Source: Eremomyces bilateralis CBS 781.70 (lineage: Eukaryota). From it: 64,000 nt of DNA. The position numbers were made by a program, and so were the translations under genes. The DNA lies in NCBI GenBank assembly GCA_010015585.1, contig ML975154.1. One strand, written 5' to 3'. The notes under the pieces were generated by a model that was not told where the DNA came from, searched no databases, and saw only the letters and a list, made by a program, of their open reading frames with translations. Below, one piece after another: positions 62,793-64,000 of this stretch (the stretch's first letter is position 1; each line of letters starts with the position of its first letter).

Positions 62793-64000
62793 ACTTTGGG
62801 ATGAGATACAATTCAACCATACAACGCTATTTGGAAGCGGACATTAAGCAACTTGAAGAATGAAACAATGTCACCAACGGCAATATTTCACCGGGAAGTG
62901 AACGAGCACATCAGAAATGACATGGAGGGCGATGAAGTCTGGGGACGGGCGACATGAAGTTGAGATAGTCGGCATGCCAAAGGAGGAAGGAGCCCCTAAC
63001 GCAGTGGTGGATGGGAAGGAACGCCCGAATTTCCACACAAACGCCAAGCTGCAATATCAAATCGTACAGACAATGAGAAGAGTATTATTAGTTCAACAAT
63101 TAGAAGCCAGAATTAATGGTGTTGATAGGGTGGACTTTGAATGATCCTCCTAGGACTAATATGACGAGGCGATGCCGAGCCACTTGTACTAATTCAGTGA
63201 GACTTGTCGACGACATGTTGATATACCATCCACACAAACCAAAAAAGTCTCGCAGTAGGTTCAGTAGACAAACGGATCATAATGCCCATCTTCTTTTCAT
63301 CTCGCCGGCAGCGACCGAAGCCTTCCGAGCCTATACCACGAACGTGGAATATTCGTCCTCAGGCCACGCGAAACGGGAGACCAACCTAAGTTAGCATACT
63401 GCATACAACTCAATCAACAATACGCAGATCAAGAATCTTTCTGTTGGACATGCGAAGCAAATGGTGGACTGAGACAGAACGACCGAAATTCCGGAAACGA
63501 CATTTATATCCGTATTGCACGAATCCACCGATCATCTCGTCCCGATTCACAGACGGGACTGAAAAAGAATCACTCTATCTCCTTAGGACGAAATTGGTTA
63601 ATATGACATAATGGAGCGCTTGAAATGCATGACGACAATTCGAACGACGACATCACAATCTCGCTGAGGAGTGGCTGCCTGGAAAGCTGCCACGACTGGT
63701 TGCGGTAATGGCTTCAAAACGCATCCGTACGGAGTACATTACTTTAGATCGAGGTCAAGCACTGACTGCACTGTCCATCAAGATGATTCTAGGATGGTCA
63801 TGATTAGTCGATACTCTATGGAAGGCATTACTCTATCCGACGGCGATCTTGCCACCACGGATCAAATATTTGCACATGCCCATATCCGTCGTATATGCAG
63901 GAGGTTGAAGACTTGAAATGAAGAAGACAAGGGTGGCGCAAGTGGCTGGAAGTCGCAAAAACGTTGAACCGGAGCGGGTTTAACCCTAAAGCGGGCGGTC

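Overview
Eukaryotic DNA from a filamentous ascomycete, inferred from GT..CTAAC..AG spliceosomal introns and fungal gene families. Conserved genes: a Zn2Cys6 factor, SOD2, a nitronate monooxygenase, RPL15, a glycosyltransferase-like membrane protein, a CFEM protein, a DnaJ protein, a HECT E3 (HUL4-like), tRNA-Cys(GCA), a cis-prenyltransferase, an S10 carboxypeptidase, CysRS, TRM61/GCD14, tetra-ubiquitin and HOP1. Between SOD2 and RPL15 (~4.3-21.3 kb) lies an accessory-looking segment. Its most striking element is a head-to-head gene pair. One gene encodes a HeLo-like/SesA-type protein ending in a two-repeat HET-s-related amyloid-like motif. The divergent gene carries one copy of the same motif, fused not to an NLR but to an apparently inactive retropepsin-like domain. 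This is a candidate non-NLR amyloid signalling/cell-death module. The segment also holds a second degenerate retropepsin-like gene, two tandem AbiEii/MenT-like nucleotidyltransferase genes, a MITE with perfect 38-bp TIRs and several gene relics. All gene models and family calls were made by eye, with no database search.
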